Positions 1-11,685 of a DNA stretch of 49,189 nucleotides are shown one piece after another. Position 1 is the stretch's first letter. The number at the start of each line of letters is the position of its first letter. The stretch lies in the NCBI GenBank assembly GCA_012862495.1, contig BLSG01000143.1, forward strand, positions 1 through 49,189. The letters run 5' to 3'. Origin of the DNA: Thraustochytrium aureum (Eukaryota). Under the pieces are notes generated by a model, which was not told the origin of the DNA, ran no database searches, and saw nothing but the letters and a program-made list of their open reading frames with translations. The position numbers and the translations under genes are program-made.

Positions 1-345
1 GTGCTACTCCTCTTCAACCGATCAACGATCGATAGATGATCGATCATCGATCGGGCCCACAGCGGCGTCAACCTCGCAGCAATGACGAGCACAAAGCGCC
101 CTGCATAGCTCGCGGCGCCCGCCATACCTGCGACGTGGAGCTACGCGCAGGGCGTGTCGGCGGGTTGGATTCACTCCAAAATGCGCTGTGGTACAGACCC
201 CCCGAAAAAAGTCACGGCCAGGTCCGCTCAACGGCCTCCAACAAACAAGGACCGCTCTGGCGCCGCGCGGACACAAGACAGGCCAGCGAGCGGGGCGGCA
301 AGGGCCGAGTTTGACTTTTCCTTTTCTCTCGCGGTTGCCTCGGCT

Positions 346-1431
346 CTATTTCTTCCCGCCCTTGTCAAGGTCAGCCATGCCCTCCGGCATGAGCGAAACG
401 AGCATCTTGCCGCCCTTCTGATGGCCAAAGTAGGCCTTGATTTCCTCCAGCGTGCCAGGGTCGCGGAGAGGCAGGTCCTTGACGAAATCGGTCGTGAGCT
501 CGCTGGGCAGCATCGTATAAAGGCGGTACGCCATCTTGGCGAGCCGGATGAGGCCGCCTTCGTCCATCCAATTCTTGACATGGAACCAGCCAAACTCCTT
601 GCCGCCAGGCGTAGACGCCTTCATCAGCGACTCCGGCATGGGCTCCCCCGACAACTGACCGTACACGTACGTCTTCGACTTGGGCGGCATCGCCTCGAAA
701 ACCCGGCGCGACATGTCGCCCGATACAGCGTCAAACGCGAGCGTCGCGCCCGTAGCGCGCACTGCAGCTTGCAAGTCCGTGGCGAACGAGTCAGAGTCGC
801 TGCGGACAATGAGGTCCGCTGGGTGGCCGACCGCCGTCAGTGCGGCCTCGTTGTGGGCGCCGCGGACCACGCAGACAATCGTGACGCCGAATTTCGGCGC
901 GGCGCGCAACAGCATCAGGCCGAGCGCCGAGTTGGCCGCCGTGTGCACGATGGCCTTGTGGCCCNNNNNNNNNNNNNNNNNNNNNNNNNNNNNNNNNNNN
1001 NNNNNNNNNNNNNNNNNNNNNNNNNNNNNNNNNNNNNNNNNNNNNNNNNNNNNNNNNNNNNNNNNNNNNNNNNNNNNNNNNNNNNNNNNNNNNNNNNNNN
1101 NNNNNNNNNNNNNNNNNNNNNNNNNNNNNNNNNNNNNNNNGTACGTCGTGTCGCCGTCGATGCTGTAGTCGCTGAACGCGCGCAGCACGTCGCTTGGGTT
1201 GACCGGCGCATAGTGCATCCGCACAAGAATCTCGCCGTCGCCAGGAACCGGCACGAGCACCGACTCGAGCGACAGCTCGCCCTGTCGCGGCGTCACCAGC
1301 GCGCTCATCCTGTGCGTGCCGCCCTTGAGTTTGTCGCGCACCGCGTTGGTGGCCCACGCGGGCTCCCTGGCGACATAGTTGAGCAAGAACACCACGCCCA
1401 GCGGCATCAACACCGTGAACCGATTAATCAT
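346..1431 (-). CDS. Medium-chain dehydrogenase/reductase (quinone-oxidoreductase/enoyl-reductase-like); internal N gap 965-1140
   Basis: GroES-like motif 'VPVPGDGEILVRMHYAPVNPSD' and Rossmann segment 'AIVHTAANSALGLML...GATLAFDAVSG...YVYGQLSG'. First in-frame ATG (MINRF) is at 1431, followed by a hydrophobic stretch. Confidence 0.8.
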   Translation of the reverse strand: MINRFTVLMPLGVVFLLNYVAREPAWATNAVRDKLKGGTHRMSALVTPRQGELSLESVLVPVPGDGEILVRMHYAPVNPSDVLRAFSDYSIDGDTTYXXXXXXXXXXXXXXXXXXXXXXXXXXXXXXXXXXXXXXXXXXXXXXXXXXXXXXXXXXXGHKAIVHTAANSALGLMLLRAAPKFGVTIVCVVRGAHNEAALTAVGHPADLIVRSDSDSFATDLQAAVRATGATLAFDAVSGDMSRRVFEAMPPKSKTYVYGQLSGEPMPESLMKASTPGGKEFGWFHVKNWMDEGGLIRLAKMAYRLYTMLPSELTTDFVKDLPLRDPGTLEEIKAYFGHQKGGKMLVSLMPEGMADLDKGGKK

Positions 1432-1707
1432 CCTGCCGTCCCGCAAGCCTTCCCCCAAGCCTTCCCGTCCTTCCCGCGCCGCTCGCCTTGGGCATCTGCT
1501 GCGGCGCAGCCAATGGGCTGGCGCAGGATCCGGCCAGGTCTAGCCCGATATCGGTGAAAATATCCAAGTCAATTGAACGACTTTAGGTGTAAAAATCTAC
1601 GTCCAAAAAGTGCGACGGATTCGCAGTTTGTGCAGCCACCCGCAGAATGTCAGAATGTCGACGAGACGCCAATGCCATTGCGCAGCAGACCTGGACGACG
1701 AGCGAGC

Positions 1708-1773
1708 AGTCACGGTCAGTCGAGGAACGAGCTTCGTGGGAGTCACTGTCAGTCGAGGGAACGAGCTTCGTGG
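1708..1773 (+). repeat. ~33-nt tandem duplication upstream of the ATCase gene
   Basis: agtcacggtcagtcgaggaacgagcttcgtgg followed by agtcactgtcagtcgagggaacgagcttcgtgg. Confidence 0.8.
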
Positions 1774-1890
1774 ACCGAACGCCCGACGTTGGAGCTTGAC
1801 ATCCTCGACCGCGTGGCGACGCCGCTGTCCGAGTCCAGGGACCGAGCAGGGCTGGTGCGGGTTGCAGGTGTGGCAAGTCGAAGCGCAAGA

Positions 1891-2886
1891 ATGGACGTCG
1901 AGGCCACTGGCGCGGACGTGGACGCCGGAAGCCCGTCGGCGTGGGACTGGAAAGGAAACCATATCCTCTCGGTGCACGACTTTACGCGCGAGACGCTCGA
2001 GAGCCTGTTTGTGACGGCGGATAAGTGCCGCAACGCGGTGAAAGGCGAGCCTGGCTGCGACAAGTCAGTCCTGGAGGCCTGCAAGAACAAGGTGGTGGGG
2101 CTTGTTTTTTACGAGCCGTCGACGCGGACCAACTGCTCGTTCGCCGCGGCCATGCTGCGCTTGGGCGGCCAGTACCTGCAGGTCAACGAGTCGTCGTCTT
2201 CCGCCAAGAAGGGCGAGACCCTTCAAGACACCCTGCGCTGCCTGGAGTGCTACTGCGACCTGATGGTGCTGCGTCACCCGGAAAAGGGCAGCGTAGCCAA
2301 GGTGAGCTCCTACCTGGCCAAGCCCATTCTCAACGCAGGCGACGGCGCCGGAGAGCACCCCACGCAGGCCCTCCTCGACCTGTACACGATCATGCGCGAG
2401 CAAGACGGCCGCGTGGACGGCCTCACGATCACAATGCTCGGGGACCTCAAGTACGGCCGCACAACGCACTCGCTGGCCATGTTGCTGGCCATGTTCAAAG
2501 TCCACATCAAGTTTGTCACGCCCGCTGGACTTGAGATCCCAGAGCACGTCAAGTCGTACGTGGCCGCGCGGGGCCGCGCGACGATCAGCGAGCACTCGGA
2601 GCTCTCTGAAGTCGTGGCGGAGACGGATGTCTTGTACGTGACGCGGATCCAGAAGGAGCGCTTCGAGTCCGAGGAAGAGTATGCGCGCGTGCAAGGCAGC
2701 TTTATTGTCGACCCGGCCGCGATTGAGCAGGCCAAGAACACGATGGTAATTCTGCACCCGCTTCCGCGCGTTGGCGAGATCGCCGAGTCGATCGACTCGT
2801 ACCCGAACGCGGCCTACTTTCGGCAGATGGAGAACGGCATGTACGTGCGCATGGCGCTCATTGGCAAGGTGCTCGGCGTCCTGTGA
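1891..2886 (+). CDS. pyrB: Aspartate carbamoyltransferase catalytic subunit (monofunctional ATCase)
   Basis: Motifs FYEPSTRT, SSAKKGETLQDT, NAGDGAGEHPTQALLD, GDLKYGRTTHSL, YVTRIQKER, ILHPLPR, YFRQMENGMYVRMAL. ATG at 1891 is in frame. Confidence 0.95.
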   Translation: MDVEATGADVDAGSPSAWDWKGNHILSVHDFTRETLESLFVTADKCRNAVKGEPGCDKSVLEACKNKVVGLVFYEPSTRTNCSFAAAMLRLGGQYLQVNESSSSAKKGETLQDTLRCLECYCDLMVLRHPEKGSVAKVSSYLAKPILNAGDGAGEHPTQALLDLYTIMREQDGRVDGLTITMLGDLKYGRTTHSLAMLLAMFKVHIKFVTPAGLEIPEHVKSYVAARGRATISEHSELSEVVAETDVLYVTRIQKERFESEEEYARVQGSFIVDPAAIEQAKNTMVILHPLPRVGEIAESIDSYPNAAYFRQMENGMYVRMALIGKVLGVL

Positions 2887-2910
2887 TGCCGCGGCGCTCG
2901 GGACACATCT

Positions 2911-3092
2911 GCAACAAAAACCAGCGACAGAGACTAAGATTCAGCTTCGGGTTGGGTTTATAGAATTGTCGTAGCTTGGCGTTGTGCCGTGCTGCGGCGC
3001 AACAAAAACCAGCGCCGGAGACTAACAAGAGAAGATTCAGCTTCGGGTTGGGTTTATTGAATTGTCGTGGCGTGGCGTTGTGCCGTGCTGCG
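2911..3092 (+). repeat. ~88-95-nt imperfect tandem duplication 3' of the ATCase gene
   Basis: gcaacaaaaaccagcg...gattcagcttcgggttgggtttat..aattgtcgt..cttggcgttgtgccgtgctgcg occurs at 2911 and again at 2999. Confidence 0.85.
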
Positions 3093-3393
3093 CCTTTGCG
3101 CCGCGGCTTCGTTTTGTGGCTTGGCTTCGCACCCTGTGGGTCGTTGCATGAACAGCGAGTAAGCGCCGTCTTGGCTCACGTTGGTGCTGCGATCCTGCGC
3201 GCTCGAGCTGCCTCTAGCCCCAGCAAGCACGCATCCTGCGGCAGAGGCACGGCCTGCGAAGCAGCTGATACGAGTCCATCACGCGCCAAAGCCTGGGACG
3301 CCGCGCCAAAGCCCGGAAGCAACTGGGACGAGTCCATCACTGCGCCCAAAACGCGGCGAGGATCAAACACTATGATTGGGTGGTACCTACTCA

Positions 3394-4655
3394 CTACTTC
3401 CGCCTTCTCATCACCTCGCTGGCCATCTCCTCCAAGAGCAGTAGAGACTCTTCCGCCAGACCGCTCGACTCTTCCGCGATGTCAAGAAACGTCTTGCCCT
3501 TGGGCAGGTCGGGGAGAACAAGGGACTTTAGTGCTGTCTTCCAAAACCGCGGCGGCTTAATCGCGACACAAATCTCTTCGTCGCGCGACAGCCCCTTGGA
3601 CTTTGACTTTTGCAGGTCGACTTTGTCTGCAATGACGGGGTTCCGGAACTTTTGAGGGTTGAGGCACGGCGCGCAGGTGTCAGCAGCAGAGCAGGAAGGG
3701 CGCGGCAAGCCACCCGCTTGCACGCAGACCCCCGCGCAGCAATGAACTTACCTTGATCGCGCTTGCGTGCAGTAAGATCGGCTGGTAATCGTAGGCCTGC
3801 AGCGGGGGGAATTGAATACGCGCCCCATAAAGGCGGTCGTTCACGACCGGGTGGCCCAGCCCGGCGAGCTGGCGCCGAACCTGGTGCTTGCGTCCCGAGC
3901 GAATGGTGGCGACCACGACAGTGAAGGGCTGTGGAGTTTTGCCCTCGTTGCTGATCCCATGCTGGATGGCAATCCAGTCCTGTTTTCAGTTGTGCACACG
4001 CGTCAGACTCTGACACCAGCTCGGCGCGCTGTTCATTCATGGCCACTTACCATTTGACCGTCTGGCTGCTCGAGTCGCGGGCGGTTTCGCTGCCGGTCGA
4101 ACCAACCAGTGCCGCCTTGGGCAGCCCAGTAGTCGTGGTACGAGGACGCGCCTGCCGGCACCGTGCCGGAGCCGCGCAGTGTGCCGTCCACGACAGCGAC
4201 GTACTCCTTGTGGACCTCGTGCTCCTGGAACATGGTGGCCATGCGACTGGCGGCTTTGCTTGTCTTGGCAAAGCAGAGCAGCCCAGACGCCGACCGGTCC
4301 AGCCGGTGGACGGTCCCAAGGTAGACGTTCGCCGGCTTTTGGTGCTTTTCTCTCAGGTAGTCTTTGACCAAGCCCCCCATGTCTTTAGCCTTGCTGCTGT
4401 CCTGCTGGCTCGGCACGCCGGCGCGCTTGTTGGTGACCAGCAAGTGGTTGTTTTGGAACAGAATGTCGTGCTCCCTCAGTTTGAACGCCGGTTGCCCACC
4501 GGCCGTGGCTGGCCTTCCCGCGCCAGCCCTGGCTGGCCTTGCGCCACCAGCCCTAGCTGGCCTTGCCTCACCAGCCCTGGCTGGCCTTGCCGCGCCAGCC
4601 CTCGCTGGCCTTGCCGCACCAGCCGGTGCTGCCCCTCCGCGCCGCTTTCCGCCCC
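3394..4655 (-). CDS. RluA/RluD-family RNA pseudouridine synthase; exons <4655-4051, 3979-3752, 3648-3394; 5' end lost in gap
   Basis: Motifs 'LLVTNKRAGVPSQ', catalytic 'VHRLDRSASGL', 'KEYVAVV', 'SGRKHQVRRQLAGLGHPVVNDRLYG', 'LLHA'. Introns 4050-3980 and 3751-3649 both begin GTAAGT, contain CTGAC, end AG and join in phase 0. Confidence 0.9.
4506..4630 (-). repeat. 24-nt coding minisatellite encoding (AGxARPAR)n in the pseudouridine synthase N-terminus
   Basis: About five copies of the ggctggccttgcNNcNccagccct unit; translation PAGAARPARAGAARPARAGEARPARAGGARPARAGAGRPA. Confidence 0.85.
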
Positions 4656-5658
4656 NNNNNNNNNNNNNNNNNNNNNNNNNNNNNNNNNNNNNNNNNNNNN
4701 NNNNNNNNNNNNNNNNNNNNNNNNNNNNNNNNNNNNNNNNNNNNNNNNNNNNNNNNNNNNNNNNNNNNNNNNNNNNNNNNNNNNNNNNNNNNNNNNNNNN
4801 NNNNNNNNNNNNNNNNNNNNNNNNNNNNNNNNNNNNNNNNNNNNNNNNNNNNNNNNNNNNNNNNNNNNNNNNNNNNNNNNNNNNNNNNNNNNNNNNNNNN
4901 NNNNNNNNNNNNNNNNNNNNNNNNNNNNNNNNNNNNNNNNNNNNNNNNNNNNNNNNNNNNNNNNNNNNNNNNNNNNNNNNNNNNNNNNNNNNNNNNNNNN
5001 NNNNNNNNNNNNNNNNNNNNNNNNNNNNNNNNNNNNNNNNNNNNNNNNNNNNNNNNNNNNNNNNNNNNNNNNNNNNNNNNNNNNNNNNNNNNNNNNNNNN
5101 NNNNNNNNNNNNNNNNNNNNNNNNNNNNNNNNNNNNNNNNNNNNNNNNNNNNNNNNNNNNNNNNNNNCTGGGGTGGTTTCGGACCCGCTCGCGACTTGGT
5201 CTGGCCCAGTCGTTCGGGTGGTTTTGCGCGAGACCGCGGCCCTGGCCCGCTCCTGTCGAGCGACTGCCGGGGCAGCGCAGACCTGGCCCGCGCGATGCAA
5301 GACGGCTTGCAGGCTGTGATCGCCTTTTCGCATTCGTGAATCGAGAGCAGAATCGAGAGCGATGACGTGTGGTTTTTGTCAAGCAGAATGTGATGTATGT
5401 TCCATCTCGAGGTGGCGCTCCGCGCTCGCTCATGCCTACTCGAGGATGCATCAATTTCATTTTTTCTTGTTCTGTTCTGGCATCCCGATTGCCGACGTTG
5501 CTCGCCTTTTTTAACTCGGCGATGCGAGAAGTTTGGCGGCCTTGCCTGGCCGGCAGATGCAGCGATGCGAGGGATGTCAGGTTCAGAGTTTCTAAAAGCA
5601 GTCAGACAGGGGGGGGGAAGGGGGGGAGGGGGAGCAGGAGGGCGAGAATAAGAGCGAC

Positions 5659-6021
5659 TCAGCGCTTCACCCACTGGTAGCTCTTGCGCGCCTTCACCTT
5701 GCCCGGCTTCTTCTCTTCCACCACACGCGCATCACGGCGCAGGAAACCGAGCGGCTTCAAAATGGACCGCCACATCGGCTCAAAGTTCTGCAGCGCGCGA
5801 GAAAGGCCCAGACGGATCGCACCAGCCTGCCCGGAGTGGCCACCGCCGTACACCACGCAATGGACGTCAAACTTGCCAATCTGGTCAACGGCGTCCATCG
5901 GCTCGATGGCATGGATGCGCGTGTCGACCGTGTCAAAGTAGTGGAGCAGAGGCTTTTTGTTGATGACGAAGTTGCCAGTACCCGGCTTGATCCAGACCGC
6001 GGCTACGCTGGACTTGCGCCT
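5659..6021 (-). CDS. MRPS9: Mitochondrial ribosomal protein uS9, C-terminal part (5' end in gap)
   Basis: RRKSSVAAVWIKPGTG, GGGHSGQAGAIRLGLSRAL, LRRDARVVEEKKPGKVKARKSYQWVKR*. The QWVKR terminus is typical of mitochondrial uS9. Confidence 0.9.
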   Translation of the reverse strand, partial: RRKSSVAAVWIKPGTGNFVINKKPLLHYFDTVDTRIHAIEPMDAVDQIGKFDVHCVVYGGGHSGQAGAIRLGLSRALQNFEPMWRSILKPLGFLRRDARVVEEKKPGKVKARKSYQWVKR

Positions 6022-6636
6022 NNNNNNNNNNNNNNNNNNNNNNNNNNNNNNNNNNNNNNNNNNNNNNNNNNNNNNNNNNNNNNNNNNNNNNNNNNNNNNN
6101 NNNNNNNNNNNNNNNNNNNNNNNNNNNNNNNNNNNNNNNNNNNNNNNNNNNNNNNNNNNNNNNNNNNNNNNNNNNNNNNNNNNNNNNNNNNNNNNNNNNN
6201 NNNNNNNNNNNNNNNNNNNNNNNNNNNNNNNNNNNNNNNNNNNNNNNNNNNNNNNNNNNNNNNNNNNNNNNNNNNNNNNNNNNNNNNNNNNNNNNNNNNN
6301 NNNNNNNNNNNNNNNNNNNNNNNNNNNNNNNNNNNNNNNNNNNNNNNNNNNNNNNNNNNNNNNNNNNNNNNNNNNNNNNNNNNNNNNNNNNNNNNNNNNN
6401 NNNNNNNNNNNNNNNNNNNNNNNNNNNNNNNNNNNNNNNNNNNNNNNNNNNNNNNNNNNNNNNNNNNNNNNNNNNNNNNNNNNNNNNNNNNNNNNNNNNN
6501 NNNNNNNNNNNNNNNNNNNNNNNNNNNNNNNNNNNNNNNNNNNNNNNNNNNNNNNNNNNNNNNNNNNNNNNNNNNNNNNNNNNNNNNNNNNNNNNNNNNN
6601 NNNNNNNNNNNNNNNNNNNNNNNNNNNNNNNNNNGG

Positions 6637-7772
6637 ATGAGTGACGCGGCTGCCCGCCCCCAGGTGACGGTGTTCGACGCCGCGGCTGGCGAAGAGAAGG
6701 TGGTCAAGAATGCCACGCTCCCCGCCGTGTTGACCGCGCCGATCCGGCCGGACGTTGTCACGTTTGTGCACTCGCAGGTGAACAAGAACAGGCGCCAGGC
6801 GTACTCCGTGCGCGACCAGGCCGGTATGGCACCGCTGCCGAGTCGTGGGGCACTGGCCGCGCCGTCTCGCGTATCCCGCGCGTCCCCGGTGGCGGTACCC
6901 ACCGCGCCGGACAAGGTGCCTTCGGTAACATGTGCCGCGGCGGTCGCATGTTCCACCCCACCCGCATCTGGCGCAAGTGGCACAAGAAGGTCAACCAGAA
7001 CCAGCGCCGGTACGCCCTGTGCTCGGCTCTGGCTGCCTCGGCCGTCCCCGCGCTCGTCATGGCCCGCGGCCACCGCATCGCGCAGGTGCCCGAGCTCCCA
7101 CTCGTGATCGGCGGCGAGGGCATTGACGCCGTCAAGAAGACCAAGGAGGGCCTCAAGATGCTCGAGCGCTTCGGCGCCGGCGAGGACATCGCCCGCGTCA
7201 AGGCCTCCAAGAACATCCGCGCCGGCAAGGGCAAGATGCGCAACCGCCGCTATGTCATGCGCCGCGGCCCGCTCGTCATCCACAACAGCAGCACCGCCGA
7301 CCTCTCGCGCGCTCTCCGCAACATCGAGGGCGTCGATCTGTGCCACGTCGACCGCCTCAACCTCCTTCAGCTTGCCCCCGGCGGCCACCTCGGCCGCTTT
7401 GTGATCTGGACCGCCGACGCCTTTGAGAAACTCGACGCGATCTACGGCACGACCACCACCAAGTCCACCGAGAAGGCCAACTACATGCTCCCGCGCACGA
7501 TGGTCACCAACGCCGACGTCGACCGCATCATCAACTCTGAGGAGATCAAGAAGGTGACCCGCGCCAGCAAGAGCTCCAAGGGCAAGACTCTGCGCAAGAA
7601 GAACGGACTCAAGAACTTTGGCGTCATGGTCAAGCTCAACCCGTATGCCGAGGCTGCCCGCCGCGCCGAGAAGCAGGCCGAGCGCCAGCGCTCCGAGCGC
7701 AAGGAGAAGGTCAAGAAGGCTCGCAACTCCAAGGCCGATCGCCGCGCCTTCTACGAGAAGCTCGTCGCCTAA
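6637..7772 (+). CDS. RPL4: Cytosolic 60S ribosomal protein uL4, with an apparent 1-nt frameshift at ~6829
   Basis: [12 protein letters not shown]...[12 protein letters not shown]...NRRQAYSV, then in the shifted frame [41 protein letters not shown] and [19 protein letters not shown]. One extra G in 'atggc' restores the frame. Confidence 0.95.
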
Positions 7773-7855
7773 GCAATGTGCCCACGCGATTCGTCCGGGG
7801 CTGCTGCCGACTCCAACTACTTTGGCTTCGCGTATCAGCCCCAGACCAACTATCT

Positions 7856-7962
7856 TCTGCCTTTCCCATGCCCACGCGCTTGACCGTCGACCATCTGCCT
7901 TTCCCATGCCCACGCGCTTGACCGTCTACCATCTGCCTTTCTTATGCCCACGCGCTCGACCG
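7856..7962 (+). repeat. 38-nt tandem repeat x3 downstream of RPL4 (probable 3' UTR)
   Basis: tctgcctttcccatgcccacgcgcttgaccgtc(g/t)acca at 7856, 7894 and 7932. Confidence 0.85.
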
Positions 7963-8190
7963 CCCTCCTCGTCCCTGCCGCTCGCCGCAGCAGACCTCGC
8001 GGCACCACGAGCGCAGAGGCCGCCAAAGCGCGCGCAACATGCCACTGTCCGACGTATTCACGTATCGGTTTTCTTCTGTGATGCAAAAACCAAAACAACA
8101 AATCGATCCGTTGAGCGCCTGCCTGGATGGCATGGAGTTTGGCGTTGTTGCGTTGGCGGCCGCAGACGCGGAGGCCGGCCGCTCAGCTCG

Positions 8191-8330
8191 AGCATCGGCG
8201 GCAGCATCGGCGGCAGCATCGGCGGCAGGCATTGAAAGCATCAGCAGCAGCAGCTTGGGCAGCAGCTTGGGCAGCAGCTTGGGCAGCAGCTTGGGCAGCA
8301 GCCTTCGCAGCAGCCTTCGCAGCCTTCGCT
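8191..8330. repeat. Cluster of 12-nt microsatellites
   Basis: (gcatcggcggca)x3, (gcagcagcttgg)x4, then gcagccttc repeats. Confidence 0.8.
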
Positions 8331-8529
8331 GCGTTTGTAGGTCTGGCATCGGCAGCGTCGCTGCGTTGACTGGCACTGGCGTCCAGGTGCTGTTGATGCG
8401 GAGCGGGTTGGCCTGCTGGCTCACGCAGCGCCCAAGCGGTGGCAGACGCAGCTGCTGAGGCTCGGCCAGTAGGAGGCCGAAGGGCGGCGCTGGAGGAGCG
8501 AGCGACGGCCTCTTGTCCTGGGTGGCACG

Positions 8530-11500
8530 ATGGATCCCGACGCGCCGATGAAAGGCGGCGACCATGGCGGAGGGGTCGCCGAGTTTGAGACGTCTNNNNN
8601 NNNNNNNNNNNNNNNNNNNNNNNNNNNNNNNNNNNNNNNNNNNNNNNNNNNNNNNNNNNNNNNNNNNNNNNNNNNNNNNNNNNNNNNNNNNNNNNNNNNN
8701 NNNNNNNNNNNNNNNNNNNNNNNNNNNNNNNNNNNNNNNNNNNNNNNNNNNNNNNNNNNNNNNNNNNNNNNNNNNNNNNNNNNNNNNNNNNNNNNNNNNN
8801 NNNNNNNNNNNNNNNNNNNNNNNNNNNNNNNNNNNNNNNNNNNNNNCGTCTGCGTTGAAACCCTGGAAAAAGACTTTCAGGAAGTGCTCGGCGAGCTCGT
8901 GGGCGACAAGAGCCTGGAGAAGTTCCGCCTCGAGTATGAAAAGCTGCACCGCGCGCTCAAGAAAAGCCACGAGCAGGAAAAGCGGCTGATCAAAAAGTGC
9001 CGCGAGCTGAACAGCGAGATCGTCAACAACGCCGCCAAAGTGCAGACTGCGCTCAAGCTGAGCCAGGAGGACCAGGGCACCATCTCGAGCCTCAAAAAGG
9101 AGATCGAAAAGGCGTGGAAGATGGTCGATGCAAGCCACGAGAAGGAGCGTACGGCCAAGGAAACGATCCAAAACCTGAAAGAAGAGATCGTCAACCTGAG
9201 CCGACTCGTCGAGCAGGGCGCAGGGCTATCCATGGGCCAGGAGAACACCATGAACGAGCTCATGAAAGAGCGCGACGAATACCAGCACAAGTCAGAGGAG
9301 CAGCGCGTTACGATAAACGACCTCAAGCTGCGCCTTGAGGACCTGCACCAGAGCATGGAGGGCCTCCGCGGCGACCACACCGCGCTCGAGGAGAAAAACG
9401 CCTCGTTGCGAGAGGAAATCGACACCAAGAACGCCGAGCAGGAGCGCGAGGGCCGGCGCAAGGAGCGCGTCGACAAGGAGATGAAGGACCTCAAGGCGCG
9501 CCTTGAGGCCAAGGACAAGGAGGCCGAGAACCTGCAGCTGACGCTCAAGGAGTTGGGCGAGAACCACTCGCGCGCCGAGGGCAGCCTGAAGGAGGCCAAG
9601 GCGTCGATGGAAAAGTACCTCCGCGACTACGACACGCTGTTCCAGAAGACCAACAAGCTGACCGACGAGCTCGAGGCGCAGCTGATGCACAGCCAGCAGC
9701 TTGCGGTGGAGAACAGCGGCCTCCAAGACGACGCAAAGAAAAAGCAGATCGAGATCAACAAGCTCAGCAACGAGTGCGAGCTCAGCAAGCGCCGCCTGGA
9801 CAAGGAGCGCAAAGGAGCGCTTCTCCTGCGCCAGTCCATCGAGGACGGCAAGACCGTGGCTCAAAACCTCACCAACCAGATCACGCAGCTCACCAAGGAG
9901 CTGCACGCGGCGCACAAGAGCGAGGAGATCAAGGAGAAGGAGCTCGACTCGGCCAAGCGCGGCAGCGAGCTCCAAGAAAAGACGATCAGTCGCGAGCAGC
10001 AAAAGACCAAGGCGGTGGCCGACCAGGTCAAGATCAACGAACGGACCACGAAAAACCTGGAAAACGAGATCTACGCCTACAAGCAGGAGGCCAGCAAGCA
10101 GCGCAAGCTCATCTACCAGCTCGAGAAGGACCGGGAAAAGTACGGCGTCGAGGCCAGCGAGGCCAACGCAAAGTACTTGCAGGCCCTCGAGCAGGTAAAG
10201 CTCAAGGAAATGCAGCTCGCGGAGATCCAGAAAAAGGTTGCCGAGGGCGACGGCAAGCTCAAGCAGCAGCAGCAGCTCTACGAGGCGGTGCGGTCGGACC
10301 GCAACTTGTACAGCAAGAACCTCATCGAGAGCCAGGACGAGATCGCCGAGATGAAGCGCAAGTTTAAGATCATGAACCACCAGGTCGAGCAGCTCAAGGA
10401 GGAGATCACGGCCAAGGACCACGCCCTGGTCAAGGAGCACTTTGATCACCAAAAGGTGGAAAAGCAAAAGGAGCAGCTCAAAAACGAGCTGTCCAAGATG
10501 AAATCGCTGCTCGAGGCCAACGAGCAGACGATCAACGCTCAGAACGCGGAGATCCTCAAGCTGACGCACATGATTCAGAAGATGGACGACGAAGCGCTCC
10601 GCCAGCGCAAAGAGTACGACCAAGTCATCAACGAGCGCGACATTCTGGGCACGCAGCTGATCCGCCGCAACGACGAGCTCGCGCTCTTGTACGAGAAGAT
10701 CAAGATCCAGCAGTCCACGCTGCGCTCGGGCGAGCTCCAGTACCGCGAGCGCCTGCAGGACATTCGCATCCTCAAGCTCAAGATCGGCGACCTTGCGCGC
10801 CAGCTCCAAATCTCAAAGCAGACCGGAGGCGCCTCGGGCGACCTCAAGCGCGAGATTTTCAACCTCCAGCGCGAGCTGCTCCAGGAAAAGACCAAGGTCA
10901 AGGCCTTGTCAGAGGAGCTTGAGAACCCTATGAACGTGCACCGGTGGCGCAAGCTCGAAGGCTCGGACCCGGCCACCTATGAGATGATCCAAAGATCCAG
11001 ACTCTTCAGAAGCGCCTGATCGCCAAGACGGAGCAGGTCGTCGAAAAGGACCTTATCATCCAGGAGAAGGACAAGCTCTACGTCGAGCTGAAGAACATTC
11101 TTGCTCGCCAGCCCGGCCCCGAAGTCGCAGAGCAGCTCTCGGTGTACCAACAGACGCTCAAGGACAAGACGCGCCAGATGAAAGCAATGGCCTCTGAGCT
11201 CAACATGCACCAGGCGCAAGTGAACGAGTACAAATACGAGATCGAGCGCGTTTCGCGCGACCTGCACGACATCAAGCGCAAGTACTACATCCAAAAGCGC
11301 CAACAGAAGGAAAAGCAGGACAGAGACCACCGCTCGGGCTCGAACGACGACCTCAGCCCGGTCGGGTATGGTGGCAGCGGCGCCAACAATAATAACAACA
11401 ACAACCATGGCAGCGCCGGCAGCTTCGGGGGTCCAGCGGCTATTTCGTACAGTGAGTCCAAGCACCAGGGCCCAGCCAGCCCGGGCAATCCGCCAGTGAA

Positions 11501-11531
11501 GCGAATCGCGGGGGGCGGCTTTGCTTTTTGA
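8530..11531 (+). CDS. CFAP58: Cilia- and flagella-associated protein 58 (CCDC147), with an N gap and an apparent 1-nt frameshift at ~10991-10993
   Basis: Long coiled coil with signatures FRLEYEKLHRALKKSHEQEKRL, YEAVRSDRNLYSKNLIE, ERDILGTQLIRRNDELALLYEKIKIQ, ELENPMNVHRWRKLEGSDP. Adding one A to 'caaag' continues KIQTLQKRLIAKTEQVVEKD...LARQPGPEVAEQL to the stop at 11531. Start codon is uncertain because of the gap. Confidence 0.9.
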
Positions 11532-11685
11532 GCCCGCCCGCGACCGCTTTTCCAGTCTGTGCGGCGCAGACGAGGGCACAAGTGAGCTGATAGTAAACGA
11601 AACCAAGACTACTGTTTCCCGCCAACCTTGCCTCCCTGCCATTCGAGGGCGGCGGCGGACCCGCAAGCTTGTGCTGGCCGCCGCG

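Noticed and set aside
9292..10809. Long antisense ORFs (e.g. 9292..10809, 6003..7913, 11669..12493)
   Set aside because: Shadow ORFs caused by GC-rich codon bias on the opposite strand of real genes.
6637..11531. RPL4 and CFAP58 as pseudogenes
   Set aside because: Each has only one 1-nt indel at a homopolymer, with strong conservation and codon bias on both sides.
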